Shown: piece after piece, positions 33,371 to 39,456 of the stretch
Position numbering within the stretch: the first letter of the stretch is position 1
Layout: each line of letters starts with the position of its first letter
NCBI GenBank assembly: GCA_009602725.1
Contig: WELB01000016.1
Coordinates: 1,085,146 to 1,124,601 of the forward strand
Source: Spirogloea muscicola
Taxonomy: Eukaryota
Direction: 5' to 3'
Length of the DNA stretch: 39,456 nt
Position numbers and translations under genes: made by a program
The notes under the pieces: generated by a model
Seen by the model: the letters and a program-made list of their open reading frames with translations, nothing else
Told to the model about the DNA's origin: nothing
Databases searched by the model: none

Positions 33371-36194
33371 CCCCAACCTCATTTTGCCCTTCTGTTGCTA
33401 AAGTGACCTGGGGCCACCGAGACGGCCCTGCGACCAGCCCGCGGCTCCACGTAGTGCAGATGACCCCGCATTCCCCTCTGCATGCCATTAGCTGGCCCTT
33501 TCCAGCCGCCCCCTTGACATCAGCAACCGCTTAGCAGATAGCACGTAAGAGCCTCGTTAGCACCCATGTTGGCTCCCACCATCGCTTGTCAAGCTCCGCT
33601 AGCTCCCTCCCAGCCTCCCTTGCGGGTCTAGATTTAGGCCACCCTTTCATTTCATGCGCACAGGCGCCTTCCCTCCCTTACGGGTAGATCAGTGTCGTCA
33701 GCTGCGCAATTTTCCGCACAAGGATCTCCAAGCTAGAAGCCCGACGCTTACATAAGCTGGAGCCCCCATCAGCCTGCACAATGCCGGAGTCTGTCCAGGT
33801 GTCGCGTTACTAGTAGGCTCTCATGCAAGGGCTTATGCGCTTCCAACTCGTGCAAGAACACAAGCCTGATCAGAGAGGGCAATGGCATATTGGGCAGCTC
33901 GAGGACACTCATGTTCTTTTGACGTTCGTCATCCTGAAGAGGTTCTTAATTGGGACATCTAAAGCCACTGGTCCCTCGCGTCGTCAACTCCGCACTCTTG
34001 TTGGTGCTACAATTCATTAAGATGCTGGGCTGTCAGGCGCGGCCACTAAGACTGGGAGGGGCTAGGCAAAGTAGAGTTTGTGTGGGGCAAGCTTCGTCAG
34101 ACACCGTGTAAAACGTGGAAATCTATTGGCTGGCCAATCATTGCTTGTGATTCTGGCTCAAGTATGACTTCACTGAGCACCAGATGACAATGGTCGTATC
34201 CAACTTCGTGTGTGCCCGAGGTGCAATTCTGCTTGCGTCAGTAACAGCCGTGGCTTCACCTTTCCTGTGTATTGGCTCTGATACAAGGAAAACGCGCATG
34301 TCAGGGTCGGAACTGCAGCTTGACTTGCATGCAAGGAGAGAGGGGAGGCTGACAGTGACGTCAGCGGAATTCAACTCCCATGGTTGGCGTCTCAATGGCA
34401 GGAGATACAGACAGCCAGATGCATAAATGATTCTTAGCCTTGTAGCATACATCTTCAGCAGCGTTTGGCAGCAGTGGGTCAAAGAGACGACAGCAAGACG
34501 ACTATCTACTTTCAAGCAACTCTCATTACTTACAGTAACAAGTCATCTTCTGAATGTCCTACTCCAAGTAAATTGAGCTATCGGCGTAAATTTGGTTCTT
34601 CAGCAGGAATTGCACGACATTCTGAAGGACTAACCGCATCTTCTTGGCTATGCATTATACACCTCATGTGCATCTTGCTTCTAAAGCGTAGAGCTTAGAA
34701 TGAGAGACGTAAAGGTGGTTGAGTGTGTCGTTACGTGCAAGCGAATGGAGCCAGCAGATTTACTTTCACAAATTTCGCGGTCCTTACTTTGGAAGTTACG
34801 ATAGTCCAAGAGAACTTTGTTTTGTTACACAGCGTGTGCTACTAGATTGCAGCAGACCCTCGGTAGTGTGTGACGCTTTCCAAAGCATATGTGTTGAGAA
34901 GCCTCCGTTCTGTCCTGAAGGAGTAAGAGAAGGAATATATAACTCCGGCTTGACTGTAAGGTGAAGCATGTTCGTGTCACAAATGGCAATGTTCACCCGG
35001 AATGTGTGGTAAGCGCTCTAGCATTGCAATTCCACACCAAGCTTGAGAACGAGTTTGCTATGAGTGGGACTTGTGAAATCAGGCGCATGGAAGTAGCAGA
35101 TGGTGCTGATCTGCGCACATCTGGGCGTGCCCTGCTTGCTGACAAATATAAACATGCAGAATAACACTCACGTTGAAATTTTCTCTCAAGTACTTGAGAA
35201 TTTCGTTACTCACGATGACAAAACAATCTTCACTACCTTGCCACTGAGGCTCTCTGCCAGTCTAACTGATACTTTATCTTGAGTTCAGTGATGAACCACG
35301 TCTGCATATCCCTTTCGTATGCTTGTGTTTCTAGTCTCCCGATATGTCCTGCTGCAGCAGCCGCGTTCAGAGCCAGAGCAGGCACTGGTGTACTTACCTA
35401 TGAATACTATGTCAGTACTGCTTGCACATTCTCGTAAGCCCAAGGCTGTGAGACCGTGTCATGCAAGCTGCTTGCTGTGCACATGCAGCATGTCGTTGTG
35501 CCTTTCATGTACAACGTCAGTGACTGCATGCGCGAGCTGATAGCTGACTTTTCTACCCAGCACTGCGAGAAAAACGAGCTTGGCTACGCAAGCATGCACT
35601 ACTGCACCTGACCTTGCATCGTCTGCCTTGTCCTCCAGTCCCCCCCCTCTCAAACCTCGGCCATCCATTTCCCCTTCCAACGCTTAGGACCAACTGAACA
35701 TAGGCTCTTAAACTAAAATCAAGACCTCATATTTGCCACAGCACGGCAACTTGTGTACGCGCATGTTCACTCGTTGTGAGCAAGTCCTGACGACTGTTTG
35801 ATCGACTCGTCAGCTGATGCCGAGCAGCGTGCAAGCTCAAGCTCTTGAAATGCCTCGCCTAGATGCTGGCACCTCTCGTTTGACCACGGCCGCCAAGCTC
35901 CGAAGATAAAGCCGTGCTATGGAGCTTGTCAACAGAGGCCGGCCGCTTTCTGCGATGCACGCCGGGCGCGCTTATCGCAGGCTGGCCTCCCGCTCAACCG
36001 AGGCCTGCAAGGTTCGCGGGCTCGCGTGGCAGGCCCGAGCTTTCGGGCGCGATTGTGGAGAGTGGCGGGAAATCTGCACACGCTGCCTCGTCGCGCGGCG
36101 GCGGAGTCGGCAGCCCTCTGGCCAGCCGCGCCCGCAAGGGCAGGGCAGGTGGCGTGGGGAGGGCGCAGGCGGGGGCAAGGTCCGCGCCGGCGTG

Positions 36195-36497
36195 GAAAAA
36201 GAAAGTGGCTCTCCCAAGGGGGGCGTGGGCTGTGGAAAGCCGGGCTCTCGCTGCAGCCTCCGGCTTTCGCCAGGGGGATAGGTTTTCGACAGCTAGTCTG
36301 TCGGATTCGAGGCTCCTCACTCGTGGCTTCCGAGTGGTGCATCCTCCACCCGTTCTGCCATAGCGCTGTAGGCTCCTTCCGTCATGTGGCCCCTTCGAAC
36401 CTTTTGTCAATGCTTTTTCGGGCTGGCTTTTCACAGCCCAATGGGGGGGGGATTGCGAGAAGGGGAGAAGAAGAAGATGGGGAGAGCCACTTCTTCT
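36195..36497 (+). mobile_element. CRE-like 3' fragment preceded by an inverted terminal box
   Basis: RALAAASGFRQGDRFSTASLSDSRLLTRGF followed by a UTR like 13092-13238. A reverse terminal box gaaagtggctctcccaagg lies at about 36201-36219. Confidence 0.82.
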
Positions 36498-36706
36498 CCC
36501 GACAAGAATTGACGGAGGCTGGAAGGGGCCAATGGCGGAGGAGCCTGGAAGCGCCAGTAGTCAGGACGTGGAAGAGCAATCCGGGCCGGCGGGAGCACGA
36601 GCGCGCGCCACGGGGCCGCGCCTGGGGGGTTCCCAGGCTGCCCCCACGCGGCCGATGCCGCATCGCACGGCTGCCATGCGCCGCCGCGCCCCCGCCCCGG
36701 GTCGAN

Positions 36707-37528
36707 ACTCAGCTCACCAACCTTGTCATACTGTCCGTTCCTTGCCACCTCCCATACCAAACTCTCTGCCTTTTCATAATTTCCTTTTCTCCCAACTATA
36801 AATCTGCAAAGCTCCAAAACTATCTGCAATGCTCCACAGTGGTAGCCATAGTAGTTGCATGATAGCCAGGCTCCTTCAGCAGGGGTGCTTTACCTGTGCA
36901 GCATACTGGACTACAACAGCTTTACAGGCGTACTACCCGACGACATGTCCTACTTGACACACATCCAAAAAATGTGAGAAGTACTTACCTTGTGCAGCTT
37001 CCAACTTCCCTGAGCTGAGGGTCATTTCAATGTGTACTTCTCCTTGCTGCAAAGCGAAGCTCCAAATGTTGATGAGCCTCAAGGCATTAGAAGCATAGAC
37101 AAACGGTTGCTGTGCTTAAGCACTTTCATGTGAGCAACACCGTTGTCCCGTTTTAGAATGTCAAGGTTCTCTTGCTCCTGCTTTGCAGCAAGGAGAAGTA
37201 CACATTGAAATGACCCTCAGCTCAGGGAAGTTGGAAGCTGCACAAGGTAAGTACTTCTCACATTTTTTGGATGTGTGTCAAGTAGGACATGTCGTCGGGT
37301 AGTACGCCTGTAAAGCTGTTGTAGTCCAGTATGCTGCACAGGTAAAGCACCCCTGCTGAAGGAGCCTGGCTATCATGCAACTACTATGGCTACCACTGTG
37401 GAGCATTGCAGATAGTTTTGGAGCTTTGCAGATTTATAGTTGGGAGAAAAGGGAATTATGAAAAGGCAGAGAGTTTGGTATGGGAGGTGGCAAGGAACGG
37501 ACAGTATGACAAGGTTGGTGAGCTGAGT
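36707..37528. repeat. 349 bp near-perfect inverted repeat (36707-37055 / 37180-37528) with a 124 bp spacer
   Basis: The arms are reverse complements with one visible mismatch. The left arm starts immediately after an N at 36706. Confidence 0.93.
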
Positions 37529-38102
37529 GATCTGCGTTGGTATTTGTCCTGTGAGATTGTTGCAGCAGAGATGGCTGAAACAGCCACAACAAGCTCCAGT
37601 TACGGTGGCAAACGGGAGCAGGGTGCTGCCCTTCCCGGTGGCTCGGTGCCTTTGGGTCTGGTGTCCTGCTACCGTATGCGACTGTCTATGTCCCTGCAGC
37701 GCTCCCAAGCGCTTGCTTTGCACCGCCGCGCTGGTCGCGCCCTTGCAGCAGCCTCTGGCTTGCGCAGCGGGGTTGCTCTTCCTCCCCTCAGCTCATCTGA
37801 CTTCCTACTGCTGACACGGGGGTATTGAGGGCGCCCTGTCTGCCTAGCCTTTGGCTCCGTCATGAACACCTGTATGCATCTGGCTGGCATTTCACAGCCG
37901 ATTCTTTCATATCAGCAGCCGCTTTCTTTTTGCGTCACAGAGAATGATACTTGTCGTTGAGGCCGTCAACACACCTCACGAGAGATGTGCGTCTCTTGTG
38001 TCGCAGCCAAGTAGCGCACAATAACTTGACTGGCTATATTCCCCCTCCCTTTGCTGTCTTCTCAAAAGATGGAGGCTACTATGCAACCAATCTGACACAC
38101 TT
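36902..38102 (+). CDS. Exons of a plant-type leucine-rich-repeat gene (partial, scrambled by the inverted repeat)
   Basis: Phase-2 AG/GT-bounded exons: 36902-36973 (+, 72 nt, ILDYNSFTGVLPDDMSYLTHIQK, mirrored at 37262-37333), 37574-37503 (-, 72 nt, HLCCNNLTGQIPTQITQLTNLVI) and 38007-38102 (+, 96 nt, QVAHNNLTGYIPPPF...TNLTH). All fit LxxNxLxGxIP. Confidence 0.75.
37600..37828 (+). mobile_element. Older CRE-like ORF-end fragment
   Basis: YRMRLSMSLQRSQALALHRRAGRALAAASG...SSSDFLLLTRGY*. Confidence 0.8.
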
Positions 38103-39149
38103 GTAAGCTTTGTACCTGTTCCTTTCACTATATTGATCTTCTTGAAGTAGCAAGTGCAATCTGGCTTGCTAAGTACTATATGAGTGGTGCAGGTTTTACA
38201 TGCAACTCATGGCTGAGCTGATGCTTTGCCATCCCAAGTGCTGACGTAAAGTTAAATGTAAATGTAATCTGGTCATACAGCGACCTTTCACACAACAAAT
38301 TTGCGGCCGATTTCTTCCCCGAAGAACTCATATACTGCTCGAAGTTGCAAGTCATGTATGCTCCACTGCTGAAGCCCGCCGTGCAGAGTAGACAGCAGAT
38401 TTGCTGAACATCGGTGTTTATTGCACGTGCCAACTGACATTGTCATCAGGTCCTGATGTGTAAGTAGAAGACGTCTCTTTCTGATTGTCTATTCTCCTCT
38501 GCTTCACAAGTAGCAAGAGACATCGAGGTCTGGGAAAGCCATCATGGAGTTGCAACAAGGTCACAAGCAGGACTTGATGGAGTATGCTTTTCTTCGATAC
38601 TATCTCCATGTAACCACTGCCAATCTCAGTAAGCCTGCCACTGCTGTGCAGAAATTTGGCAGGGAACAGGTTTTATGGGACGCTTTGGATGCACTTTGGA
38701 AGTCCAGGCTTGAAGGACCTGGAGAAGTTGTGAGTTGGCTAACTCCCTCCAACAGCAACAGAAGACCCTGAGTCACAGACACGCCCTTCTGCAGTCACGA
38801 CCATACTGCTCTTTGCAACTTGCTGAGCAGCACAAAAATTTTGATCGCTTGACCACGGCTGAGCATCAGTCGCTTTTCCATGTGACAGCAACGTCTCTCA
38901 CAACAACTTCCAGGGAGGATTCCCCAGGACATTACTTGCACCATATGTGCATCCCAAGCTGATCTGGATAGATGTCTCATATAACTACATGGTTGGCCCA
39001 TTGTATGCCCCAGCGCCCAGCGTCAGCACTGTACCAAATTACACACATGTTATCACCGCCAGCAACTGCTTCAACAGATCATATGTGTATGCCAAATATC
39101 AAAGGCCAGCTTAAGAGTGCAAAGCACACAACACCAAGCCACGTGAGAC

Positions 39150-39456
<307 letters not shown>

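Noticed and set aside
33400..35900. Possible upstream exons of the LRR gene or another gene, and the short ORFs at 38176-39001
   Set aside because: No motif or in-frame exon set could be established from the sequence alone.

Overview
GC-rich, intron-rich eukaryotic nuclear DNA. The proteins resemble land-plant orthologues, so a streptophyte green alga is likely (inference). Seven spliced housekeeping genes can be rebuilt, mostly in head-to-head pairs: MIP2/NBAS (Sec39-type tether, +), eIF3L (-) with L-galactose dehydrogenase (+), plastid-type BolA4 (-) with NUG2/NOG2 GTPase (+), and QCR7 (-) with the KONJAC/GMPPA GDP-mannose pyrophosphorylase-like subunit (+). Fragments of a plant-type LRR gene lie near the right end. 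The main unexplained structure is one family of RT plus restriction-like-endonuclease (CRE-like) non-LTR retrotransposons. It has one decayed 2.2 kb copy and about a dozen 5'-truncated copies whose ORF ends in ...LL(T/S)RGY*. They share a 3' hairpin and terminal box, lack poly(A), and are nested into each other's 3' UTRs with 7-14 bp target-site duplications. One copy has a twin-priming-type 5' inversion. They pile up right at gene 5' ends. Also notable: 4 of about 50 introns use GC donors, and MIP2/NBAS appears to lack its N-terminal ~500 aa. Two assembly artefacts are present: an Illumina adapter at 17692-17715 and a probable fold-back inverted repeat next to an N at 36706.
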